Positions 31,401-41,436 of a stretch of DNA of 64,000 bases are shown here, in pieces (positions within the stretch are counted from its first letter, which is position 1; the number at the start of each line of letters is the position of its first letter). Location of the stretch: positions 576,001 through 640,000 of the forward strand of contig CAVQBA010000006.1 of assembly GCA_963710605.1 (NCBI GenBank), given 5' to 3'. This DNA is from an uncultured cyanobacterium (GTDB taxonomy: Bacteria; Cyanobacteriota; Cyanobacteriia; Cyanobacteriales; Cyanobacteriaceae). Below the pieces are notes generated by a model, which ran no database searches, was not told the DNA's origin, and worked only from the letters and a program-made list of their open reading frames with translations. Made by a program: the position numbers and the translations under genes.

Positions 31401-34400
31401 TTAGCCTTGTTTAACTTCTTGACGATTCATTAATGCCGAATAATTAAATTGAGGTACTTTTTGCTGTAAGACAGTAAGTAAATCAGAGAATTTAATGGGT
31501 TTGCGTACAAAACCTGTAACTATATCTAAATCTTCTATATATGTTTCGACATCTGATTTTACTGAAGCAGTAACAACAATAATGGCAATCTCATTTGGCT
31601 TATAGTTAGATCTAATTAAGGAAATCAGCTCTTCTCCTGACATAACGGGCATTTTCAAATCCAGAAAGATCAAATCTGGTTTTTCTTCCTCAATCAATTC
31701 CCATCCTTGTTGACCATTTTCGGCAGTAACAATTTCACAATCAACTTTGGCAAAAAACTTAATCAGTAATTCTTGATTATCCAGAACATCATCAATAATT
31801 AAAATTCTTTCTAGGGGTGATTTATCCTTTTGAGCGATATTATTTGGTACAAGATAATTTTTTTGGACGGCTGAGTCTTGTTCGGGAGAGTTTAGTTTGA
31901 TCTGGGAAAAAATTAAACCAAACTCTGAGCCTTGATTTAATTGGCTTTTTAATTCTACTTTTCCACCTAACATACTCGTCAAACGTTTTGTGATTGTTAA
32001 TCCTAAACCCGTACCCATAAAGACACGAGTTGTACTACCGTTACCTTGAATGAAAGGTTCAAAAATTTGTTGTTGTTGTTCGTCACTAATACCGATACCC
32101 GTATCTTCAATCACTATCTTAAGGTTGATCGAAGATTTTTCTGATGATATTTTTGGCTCTTGTGCGATCACTTCTCCTCGATCGTCAAGGATAAACACTT
32201 TTATTTTGACATAACCGTGAAAAGTAAATTTAATCGCATTACCTACTAAATTAAACAATATTTGACGCAAACGAATCGGGTCGAAATAAATTTGCTCGGG
32301 GACATTGTCTGCTATTTCGAGTTTCAAATCTAAATCATTATCCAATAATTTGGGAATAAAGAAGTCCTTGATTTCTTGAAGATAAGTTAGCAAATCAATA
32401 GTTTCGTATTCAATTTTTAATTGACCTGCTTCTATTTTAGATAAATCGAGTATATCGTTAATTATTTGTAATAATGTGTTACCACTTCTGATAATAATAT
32501 CTAAATAATGTAACTGATTGGGTTCGTTAATTTTGTATTTGAGTAAGTCAGAAAAGCCAATGATTCCATTAAGAGGAGTACGAATCTCATGACTCATATT
32601 CGCTAAAAATTCTGATTTTAGACGAGAGCTTTCTAAGGCGGCTTCTTTGGATTTGATTAGATTTTCGATTCTTTTAGTGACAAAAATAATTCCGCCAACT
32701 TCGTTATTGGAGGTGTACCAAGGTTTGATTGCCCAAGTAAGATTAATAAATTCACCTTCTCTTAATTCAAATTTATCTTCATCTTTATATTGCTCTTCTC
32801 CTGCAAGTGCTTTTGCGAGAATTTGTTTCTGTTCGTCTGAGAGTGTCGGAAAAACTTCGTAATGATTTTTGCCTAGAATATTTTCTTCTAGATGATAGTC
32901 TTCAATCCATTGTTGACTATAAGCAATATAATTCATCTGATTGTTTAAAACAGCGATCGCACCTGGGGCATTTTGAATAATTTTTTCTAATCTAGTTCTT
33001 TCGTCGGCTAATTTTTCGTTTGTCTGTCCTAAATCAACATTTTTGATATTTAATTCATTTTGAACTTTTTTAAGTTTATCAATATTAACGAAAGTTAAAA
33101 CAATACCATTTCTAACTTGATCTTGTTTATAGTAATGATTAACACGCATCAGTAAGTTTTCGCCACTTTTCTTAATCTGAACTTCTTCTTCGTGAGTTTC
33201 ACCTGTTTCGATCACTGATTTGAGAGTATCAACTAATTGAGGATAATCGATATTATAGGTAAAATGTTCTAAAGGACGGTTAATATCCGTCGAGCAAATA
33301 TTAATTATTTTAGTGGCGGCAGGAGTAAATTTACGTATTTTAAGATTTTTATCAAGGAAAATTACGCCAATATCAGTACTACGTAATAGGTTATCAATAT
33401 CACTAGTTAATTCGGTTAGTTCTTCTAGTTTAGATTGATATTCTGTATTAACGGTGTATAATTAATTCTTCGTTAACTGATTGTAATTCTTCATTGGTGC
33501 TTTGTAATTCTTCGTTAGAAGCTAGTAATTCTTCATTCGTCGCTTGTTGCTCTTCGTTAGTGGTTTCTAACTCTTCGATCGTAATTTGCAGATTTTGACG
33601 AGTCTGTTGTAATTCGTATTCTAACTCTCCTAATTGCTCTTGAGTATTTGAATCAATATTAACTAAATTGTCTGAATGAGAACTAGATTGATTATCAAAT
33701 TCAAAAGTAATAATAAAATGTTCTGACATCCAAGGTACGGTAGGATCGTAACCAACACGTAAATTAACAATTTCTTCTCTCTCGTTGCGATCGAGTTTAA
33801 TATTAGTATAAATAACTGAGGTTTGTTCTCGTTTAGCTCGATTCAATGCCGTGGAAAGAGGTAACTTAAGTTGTGGAGTAACTATATCCATTACATTTAA
33901 GTTAGCATTACCGACTGAAAATTTAAGTAAGTCAGCTTGATTATAAAATATATGAGCTAGTTGATAGTTTTTATTTACTAACAAACAAGTCAGATGTTGT
34001 TTTTGAAAACAAAATTTGAAAACTTCACCAATCATTCGATCGAAACGTAAATGACCAAGATTAGTATTTTTATTATGTTGTTCAAAAGTAGGTACAATTG
34101 GTTGACGACTAATGGGAATTAAAGAAAGCTCTATATCCCGACGTTTACTATAAAACTTGTAACGACTATGAATCGGATCGAATTCAGGTTCTAAATCAGC
34201 TAAAGTTTCCGAGTTTCCTAAAAATAAAACTCCCTTTACCGCTAAAGAAAAATGAAGTAAACGTAATACTTGTTGCTGTAATTTAGGTTGCATATAAATA
34301 AGCACATTACGACAAGTTATCATCGTCATTTTAGAAAAACCCGCATTCTTGGTTAAGTCATGAGGTGCAATAATCAGCATTTCTCGTAAACTACGTCTAA

Positions 34401-35547
34401 CTTGATATTCTTCTTTACCGTTAGAAGTAAAATATTTTTGTAATCTTTCAGTTGAAATATCTTTTCTAATCGTAGCGGGATAAGTACCTTTAGATGCTGT
34501 TTCTAAAGCTCTGGTGTCTAAATCAGTAGCAAAGATTTTTACTGAAATATTTTTTTTCATTGCTGTTAGTACTTCATCAATCACGATCGCCATAGAGTAG
34601 GCTTCTTCTCCTGTTGAGCAAGCACAAACCCAAACTCTTAATTGTTGCCCTGTGGGAATAGAATTAATCAGTGATGGCAATACCTCTGTTTTTAAATATT
34701 CCCATGCTTTAGGATCTCGAAAAAATCTAGTTGCACCGATTAATAAATCTTGACGAAGAAATTTTTGTTCTTCAGTCGAGTCAGTAACTAAATTAATATA
34801 ACTATTTAAAGAAGGTTGACGAGTTAAGGCACAGCGATGAGCGATACGACGACTGATGGTATTAATTTTGTAATGCGAAAAATCAATGTGTTCTTTTTCG
34901 GCTAAAAGATTGAGAATAGTTTGTATTTTTTCAGGATCGATTAAATTACTATCTCCTGAAGTATATTGAGGATAGTTATCACTAAAATGAACTAAATTAG
35001 TAACTGTTTTGGCTAAATCGCTAGGAGAAAGTATTTCATCTACAATGCCGAAGGGAATGGCACTACTAGGCATACTACTAAATTCAGCTGTCTCCGCAGA
35101 TTGAACTAATGATATTCCTCCTAAGGCACTAATTTTTTTCATCCCTTCTGTACCATCATTACCTGTACCTGAAAGTAGAATAGCGATCGCTTTTTCTTTA
35201 TAATTTTTAGCTAACGAATGAAAAAATGTATTGATAGGATAACTTAATGATTCGGATTGTTTGGTTAATTTAAACTTACCTTCTTTAATTTTCAAGGTTT
35301 TACCCGGAGGCAAAACATAAATACGATTAACTTCTATCGGGTCATTATCAATAATTTGAGATACTTGTATTCTAGTTTGTTTTTGCAATAACTCGCTCAT
35401 CATACTACGAAAATCACGAGATAGGTGTTGCACGACAATAAAAGCCGCATGACAATCGGCATCTAAATTAGCAAAAAAATCTTGTAACGCTTGTAATCCT
35501 CCTGCTGAAGCCCCAATCCCAACTACGAAAAAGTTATCTTCTGCCAT
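31401..35547 (-). CDS. CheB-CheR-coiled coil-PAS-histidine kinase-receiver fusion (~1380 aa), split by a 4-bp duplication at ~33460
   Basis: [20 protein letters not shown] (CheB); [22 protein letters not shown] (CheR); NEELQS heptads; [27 protein letters not shown]. The gap between the two ORFs reads [46 protein letters not shown] in the downstream frame. Confidence 0.85.
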
Positions 35548-36029
35548 GATGTTTTTTTAACTACTTCTTTTATTAACTAACAAATACAAGTTATACTCAT
35601 TTTAAATCTAGCTATTTTTTTTGTTAATAATATCTATCTAAAGATTGATTTAAGTTAATTTAATTTTTGATCAACTACTGATAACAAATCTGTTTATTCT
35701 ATTTTTATTCTCTAGTAAATCAGTTAAAACTTTTCATAATCAATCTGTCTAATAATTTATTTTATTTTTGAGATGATATTTAGTTTTACTTATCTTTTAA
35801 AAAAATATCTTTTGAAATACAAAGTATAACAAAGATGTTTACTTAGTTAAGCTGTTATTATTTCTCTAAAAGGATTTTAAAATTGTTACTAATAGTTATT
35901 TCAACATAGATAATAATTTAGATTTAATTTTAGTTGAGATTAAGTTAGTTGATTAAGATTATTCATATAATATGTAAATTAAAGTTAACCAAATATTTTA
36001 AATAGTTTTAAATAGATAGATAGAGTTTA

Positions 36030-36509
36030 ATGAATTTTTATCGGATTACCTCGCTTATTATCGCCTCATTTATATGTTTAGAAACGATCGCTGTTAACGC
36101 TCAAATTACTCCAGAAAATAAGTTTGATAATTTAAGAAAACAATTGGAAGATTATGGTTTTACGGTAAAAATAGAACCACCACCTCGAAGAAGCACTTAT
36201 GGTTTGTTACAAACTACTACAAAAACTATTTGGATAAACCCGATCGTTTTTGATTTAAAAATTGCTTTACCGACTCTGATACATGAAGCTACCCATGCCG
36301 CTCAAGTGTGTGTAGGTAATGGTGAAATTTCACCTCTTGAGTTATCACTTACAGCACCAAATATTTCTCGCAGGTTTTTTATGCGTTATAATCACGGACT
36401 TCGCCGACACTTAGAAGCACAAGCATATACAATTCAAACTCATCCTGATGGTTATGAGTTAGTTACGCAGTTGTTACAACAACATTGTACATTGTCAGTA
36501 AATCGTTAA
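36030..36509 (+). CDS. Secreted hypothetical protein with HExxH motif
   Basis: Signal peptide ending AVNA; LIHEATHAAQ. Confidence 0.6.
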   Translation: MNFYRITSLIIASFICLETIAVNAQITPENKFDNLRKQLEDYGFTVKIEPPPRRSTYGLLQTTTKTIWINPIVFDLKIALPTLIHEATHAAQVCVGNGEISPLELSLTAPNISRRFFMRYNHGLRRHLEAQAYTIQTHPDGYELVTQLLQQHCTLSVNR

Positions 36510-36576
36510 AAGTTAGTTCTCTATTCTCATCTATTTTTTTTCTAGTTATTCGATTGATTTGACTAGATTTAACTTG

Positions 36577-36762
36577 TATAGTTATTTGGCATTTAGACTA
36601 AGACATTCACATTCATCGAAAAAATTTGAGTATTAAGCCCACCTTGCAATAAATCTCCATTGAGCTAATAGATATCGTTTAATAAATTTCAAACTGAGCG
36701 AAGTCGAAGTTTAAACTAAAATTATAGACCACAAATTATTTCCTTTTTATTTGAAACTATTA
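36577..36762 (+). repeat. Dispersed MITE-like repeat family B with nested actgagcgaagtcgaagt motif
   Basis: Shares core with 28598-28642 and ends with 47615-47691. Confidence 0.6.
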
Positions 36763-36813
36763 TAAATAACAATACCAAGCCTTGTAATCATTACTTTAGT
36801 AATTAATTAACCA

Positions 36814-36845
36814 TAAAAAAAATACCCGAACAGGATTTCAGGTAT
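36814..36845 (-). terminator. Rho-independent terminator of the prx-oxidoreductase unit
   Basis: aatacc.gaa...ttc.ggtatt stem with A-run (U-tract on minus strand). Confidence 0.55.
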
Positions 36846-36870
36846 TAAACGTAATAGCAATAACTAATGA

Positions 36871-37875
36871 TTAATTTTTAATTAATTGAGGAATATTTTC
36901 TGTCCATTTACGAGGCTCAGCTTGACGACGGATATAACGCCAAATTTGGGTGGCGGCTAAAGTGCCATCAGCTACGGCTACAGATACTTGATTTAATCCT
37001 TGTTTCAAGTCACCTAAAGCAAAAATACGATCGTGAGTAGTTTGACACATATTATTAGTAATCAAATTTTCACCTTCATACTCTAAGCCTTCGATTCCTT
37101 TAAGATAATGATTATGGTAAATTGAACCCATATTAATCAATCCTGTGGTTGCTTCCACAAATTGCCCATCAGCTAATTGAATACCTCGCAGTTGATGTTT
37201 TTCGCCAACTAACTTTTCAACTTTACTTTCATAAAGAGGATAACCATATTCTGCTAATTTCTGTTTCATTTCGTCGCTCACCTCAAAGTCACCATTAGTC
37301 AAGACAGAGATATAAGGAGTGAACCAATTTAAAACAAAGGCGGCGTTAATTTGTGGCTCTCTAGCTACCATCAAAACAGCTTTTTGATCCCACATATCAA
37401 AACCATCACAAATCATACAAACATGAAGGGTATAACCTGCATAATCATAGACATTTTGCATATCTTCTAATTGAGGCAAAACATCCATTACTCCTGAAGC
37501 GGCAATCAGATATTTACTACGGAAAACAGGATAAATACTTTCTTTTTTACCTACTTTAACTTTCACAGCAAAGTTATCACCTTCATCGGTTACTTCTTCT
37601 ACATATCCTCTAAGATGATCTGCTCCCCATTCGATCGCTTGTCTTGTACCGTGATTGAGTACTTTGCTACCTCCAACATCAGGATCAACTCCTAAATAAT
37701 TACGGACATCTTGCATCCAAACCGATCGTCCTTTACCTTTCTCGATTATTAATGCTTTTAGCCCATAACGAGCTAAATAAATAGCGGCTGATAAACCACC
37801 CATTCCGCCACCGACAATAATAGCATCATAGACAGTATCTAGACGAGCGTGAATATTTTTTGATGATAATTTCAT
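36871..37875 (-). CDS. Thioredoxin-reductase-like flavoprotein, probably diflavin-linked disulfide oxidoreductase (DDOR) type
   Basis: GGGMGG FAD motif, CMIC redox pair, no recognisable NADPH GxGxxA motif, Trp in C-terminal tail; downstream of a type II peroxiredoxin. Confidence 0.7.
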   Translation of the reverse strand: MKLSSKNIHARLDTVYDAIIVGGGMGGLSAAIYLARYGLKALIIEKGKGRSVWMQDVRNYLGVDPDVGGSKVLNHGTRQAIEWGADHLRGYVEEVTDEGDNFAVKVKVGKKESIYPVFRSKYLIAASGVMDVLPQLEDMQNVYDYAGYTLHVCMICDGFDMWDQKAVLMVAREPQINAAFVLNWFTPYISVLTNGDFEVSDEMKQKLAEYGYPLYESKVEKLVGEKHQLRGIQLADGQFVEATTGLINMGSIYHNHYLKGIEGLEYEGENLITNNMCQTTHDRIFALGDLKQGLNQVSVAVADGTLAATQIWRYIRRQAEPRKWTENIPQLIKN

Positions 37876-38017
37876 AATTATTTATTCCTCCTTCAATGTT
37901 TGTCACGATTAATAACAAAACTATTTAAACTTTTTAAATCCTCCTCAAATAATAAGAGGAAGATTTATTTACTTATTGATTCAATATTTGAACTTTATCT
38001 TCTACTTCAATTATAAA

Positions 38018-38590
38018 TTAACCAACAAATTCTTTAACTGCCTCGCTTACACCTTTAGGTGATTCACCTTTAAGATAAGAAAGCATGGTATCAGCATCGC
38101 TAACTTCAAAAGGGTCTGTGGGACAGTTGTCACCAAAGTCAGGCTCAATAAACATTTTCTCGATTTGCTTATCGTTAACAAGCATAGAGTAACGCCATGA
38201 GCGAGAACCAAAACCGAGGTTATCTTTTTTAACTAACATACCCATTCCAGCGGTAAATTCAGCACTACCATCAGGTAAAAGTAATACTTTTTTCGCTCCG
38301 ATTTCCCTGCCCCATTTGAACATGACAAAGGCATCATTAACCGAAACACAAATTATTTGATCTACTCCTAAAGCCTTAAATTCGTCATATAACTCTTCGT
38401 AACGAGGAAGATGGTTAGAAGAGCAAGTAGGAGTGAATGCACCAGGTAGTGAAAAGACGATAACTTTCTTACCGCCAAAGATATCATCTGTGGTTACATC
38501 TTGCCAACGATAAGGATTTGGTCCTTCTACAGAATCATCTCTTACACGTGTCTTGAATACGATATCGGGTACTTGGGTTACTGTTGCCAT
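38018..38590 (-). CDS. Type II peroxiredoxin
   Basis: [36 protein letters not shown]. Confidence 0.93.
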   Translation of the reverse strand: MATVTQVPDIVFKTRVRDDSVEGPNPYRWQDVTTDDIFGGKKVIVFSLPGAFTPTCSSNHLPRYEELYDEFKALGVDQIICVSVNDAFVMFKWGREIGAKKVLLLPDGSAEFTAGMGMLVKKDNLGFGSRSWRYSMLVNDKQIEKMFIEPDFGDNCPTDPFEVSDADTMLSYLKGESPKGVSEAVKEFVG

Positions 38591-38667
38591 ACTTTTTTCT
38601 CCTATTTATTTTCAAAAATTTTTGACTTAATTGATATTTGAAGGCATAATTAAAAATGTCTTCTACT

Positions 38668-38682
38668 TAAGAATAACTCTTA
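38668..38682. promoter_or_regulatory. Putative PerR/Fur-type 7-1-7 box
   Basis: TAAGAAT-A-ACTCTTA (one mismatch from a palindrome) between divergent prx and perR. Confidence 0.5.
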
Positions 38683-38899
38683 TTTAAGAAAACGTCAATG
38701 GTAAGAATCATTTGATTTTTGTTATCTTAGAAGAGATCACAAAATTAAGATCAGTGAATTGAATAATTGTTAATAGTCAAATTACTTGACTTTCTGTTTT
38801 TAGGTTCACGTATCACGTATTTAATAATCTTTCAGTTATGTGATTTATAAGTTAAATCGATCGAAACTCTTATCAAAGTAAATTATTAAAATCAGTACT

Positions 38900-39325
38900 A
38901 TGAAAACATCAACAGATACAATTATTCAAACTTTAAAGGCAAAAGGATTAAGAGTTACTCCCCAACGCTTTTCGGTGTATGCTAATTTGTTAGCTAGAGA
39001 AGATCATCCCACCGCTGAAATCCTTTTACAAGATTTGAATGAAGATACTCCAACATTGTCTCAAGCAACTGTTTATCTTTCTTTGAAGACTTTACGAGAT
39101 GTCGGTTTAATCCGAGAAGTTTTATTAGAAGAAGGTGTTTGTCGTTACGATGCGAATGTGAATCACCATCACCATTTTTGTTGTACCAAATGTGGTGAAA
39201 TTGAAGATATTCCTTGGGATGATTTGGAAGGGGTAAAGGTAAATAATCTTCGTTCGGGATTAAAAATCGATCGTTATGAGGTTACTGTTTATGGAAATTG
39301 TGGTTGCGAATCAGTTGATAGTTGA
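38900..39325 (+). CDS. perR: Fur-family regulator, PerR type
   Basis: GLRVTPQR, HPTAE, SQATVY, HHHFCCTKCG; divergent from peroxiredoxin. Confidence 0.82.
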   Translation: MKTSTDTIIQTLKAKGLRVTPQRFSVYANLLAREDHPTAEILLQDLNEDTPTLSQATVYLSLKTLRDVGLIREVLLEEGVCRYDANVNHHHHFCCTKCGEIEDIPWDDLEGVKVNNLRSGLKIDRYEVTVYGNCGCESVDS

Positions 39326-39352
39326 TAGTTAAGGTGGGTATTTAAATTTAAT

Positions 39353-39440
39353 TCCCCTCCTTAATCCCCCTCTTATCCCCCTTCGCAAGGGGGAGGATAA
39401 CGGATGCTTCGCTTTTACTTCAGGAGGGGCTAGGGGTGGT
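39353..39440. repeat. GC-rich nested palindromic repeat between convergent genes
   Basis: cccctcc...ggagggg shell around cccccttcgcaaggggg...gatgcttcgctttt, which also occurs at ~12175-12214. Confidence 0.65.
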
Positions 39441-39443
39441 TTA

Positions 39444-41114
39444 TTATTTACCGAAGTTGAAAAAGACGGTACTTCTTTCGATGCCGTTTTCCACTCCTTG
39501 ACTAGTTAGGGTTAGAGAATTGAGATTATCAAATAAGGGTTTAAATCCTAACTCCACGACTCGCAATAAAGGAAATCTTTTGGTTAAATAAGGTTTGAGC
39601 GGTTGCCATTTTAAATATAAGTAACCATAATTTTCCTGAGGTAAAGCAGAAACACTTGTTTGAAAAGCGTTATTATCTAGAAGACTATAAGGCGATTCGC
39701 TGAGGCTATTACTGAGTAAATCGACTGAGCTAGTTATGATTTCGTAGGATTCTTTCTGGGCATGAACTCCTTTTACTTGTGCTTCTAGACTAGAATAGTT
39801 ACGATCGCTGGTAGTAATTAGTTTTGTCCATGTAGTCATGGTACGATCGTCTAAGGGTAAGCTACCGATACTCAAACCACGATTTTGAGCAATACTATCA
39901 AATTCGGTTGTTAAAGGCTCATCAGTTACCTCATCAATAAAAAACCAATCCAAAGACTTACGCTCTTTATTTTGACTAAAAGAAAAGGCATATTCTCCTG
40001 TTACTTTATCAAAAATTTGGCTTTGAAAATCTAAATCTAAAGAAGATTCGATCGGTTTAATAATTTGAGCCAGAATTTGACTAAAAGGATTATTATCATT
40101 CAACCCTTGATTTAAATCTTCTGCTAAAGCTTGTAAATTTACCCCAGCAACCGCTAAAGCACTATTTTCGGGAACGAAAGCCAATGTTGATGGTACTTCG
40201 TTTAAAGTGTTTTTTTCTTCGTTTGCTTCTGCTTCTAATTGTGCTTCATCTTTAGGGCCGAAAAAAGCAGTATTAGCAATCAACCCTTGACCGTCTAATT
40301 GTAAACTAAGGGTTAAACTTTTAGTTTCTGAAGTATCTGCGATTTGAGCTTTGTTAGTAATCCATGCTGATGTAGTAGGCAAATTTAAATAGACAACCCC
40401 AACTTTCTTAGTCGGTAAAACTTCTAGTGACTCTTGATAAGCGATATCATTTTCTAAATTAAGCTCAACTGCTTGAACATTATTAATAGCATCAATTAAG
40501 ACGGGTAAATCATTAGCGAATAAAACATAATCACCTACAACACCCGCGGCTACTTGTTTGATAGGACTATTTTTACCAAACGGATGCTGATAAACTATAT
40601 TAACTCCTTCATATTCATCAAAAATTAATTCTGAAGTATCTGAAAGTACGTCTTGTACGTAATAAGTCTGAAGAAATTCATTCGCCGCCTGACTGTCATT
40701 GTGTTTAACAGCTAACAAATAACCAGGTTGTGTACCGTTGCTGTTATTATGGTCATAATCAAGGGATGTTACCGCAAAAGTCACTTCATCATCTATCCAT
40801 CCTTTCAAATCATCGATCGAATTAACTTGAGCTTGAGTCAATAAAGTCGATCGTAATTTGTCCATTGCTTTAGCCACTTGTTTAAATTCGCCATTGGTGG
40901 GCAAAAATTTAACGAAAGAATCTAACTGCTGAGGATTGATTAAGACAGATACCATCAAAGGAGACTGTTTGGGGACAAAAACGACACCTTTAGGATTATC
41001 TTCAACTCCTACACCCACCAATAAATTAACAGAGCGATTTGCAAAAAAAGAAAAACCCAAAACGGCAACCAAAATTACCCCGATTAAGGCAATTAAAACT
41101 TTACGAAATTTCAT
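39444..41114 (-). CDS. DUF3352-like exported protein
   Basis: N-terminal TM; FVPKQSPLMVS, WIDDEVTFAVTSLD, PGYLLA, NYGYLYL.W. Confidence 0.75.
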   Translation of the reverse strand: MKFRKVLIALIGVILVAVLGFSFFANRSVNLLVGVGVEDNPKGVVFVPKQSPLMVSVLINPQQLDSFVKFLPTNGEFKQVAKAMDKLRSTLLTQAQVNSIDDLKGWIDDEVTFAVTSLDYDHNNSNGTQPGYLLAVKHNDSQAANEFLQTYYVQDVLSDTSELIFDEYEGVNIVYQHPFGKNSPIKQVAAGVVGDYVLFANDLPVLIDAINNVQAVELNLENDIAYQESLEVLPTKKVGVVYLNLPTTSAWITNKAQIADTSETKSLTLSLQLDGQGLIANTAFFGPKDEAQLEAEANEEKNTLNEVPSTLAFVPENSALAVAGVNLQALAEDLNQGLNDNNPFSQILAQIIKPIESSLDLDFQSQIFDKVTGEYAFSFSQNKERKSLDWFFIDEVTDEPLTTEFDSIAQNRGLSIGSLPLDDRTMTTWTKLITTSDRNYSSLEAQVKGVHAQKESYEIITSSVDLLSNSLSESPYSLLDNNAFQTSVSALPQENYGYLYLKWQPLKPYLTKRFPLLRVVELGFKPLFDNLNSLTLTSQGVENGIERSTVFFNFGK

Positions 41115-41189
41115 GAGTTAAGACTTATACCTATTACTCTACATAATATATCACTTCTAGAATTGAGAATTGAGAATGAACTAAAAAGT

Positions 41190-41294
41190 AAGGAGTAAGG
41201 AGTAAGGAGTAAGGAGTAAGGAGTAAGGAGTAAGGAGTAAGGAGTAAGGAGTAAGGAGTAAGGAGTAAGGAGTAAGGAGTAAGGAGTAAGGAGT
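41190..41294 (+). repeat. Heptamer tandem repeat (AAGGAGT)15
   Basis: 15 perfect units; reverse complement of the 8464-8547 unit. Confidence 0.95.
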
Positions 41295-41436
41295 ATTGAT
41301 TACTAATTGTTTATTAGACTTCTTTTGAAAGAAAATTTTTTAATTTGTTTGTAGTGAGGGTTTTAACCCTCTTTTCAATAATTGTTTCCAAATTATTAAT
41401 TATTTAGTGCATAAATTAGCAAAGTCAACTGGATAA

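Noticed and set aside
8464-41294. Inverted TTACTCC / AAGGAGT arrays as ends of a 33-kb mobile or invertible unit
   Set aside because: Heptamer STRRs are common and dispersed in cyanobacteria, and the enclosed region is mostly core genes
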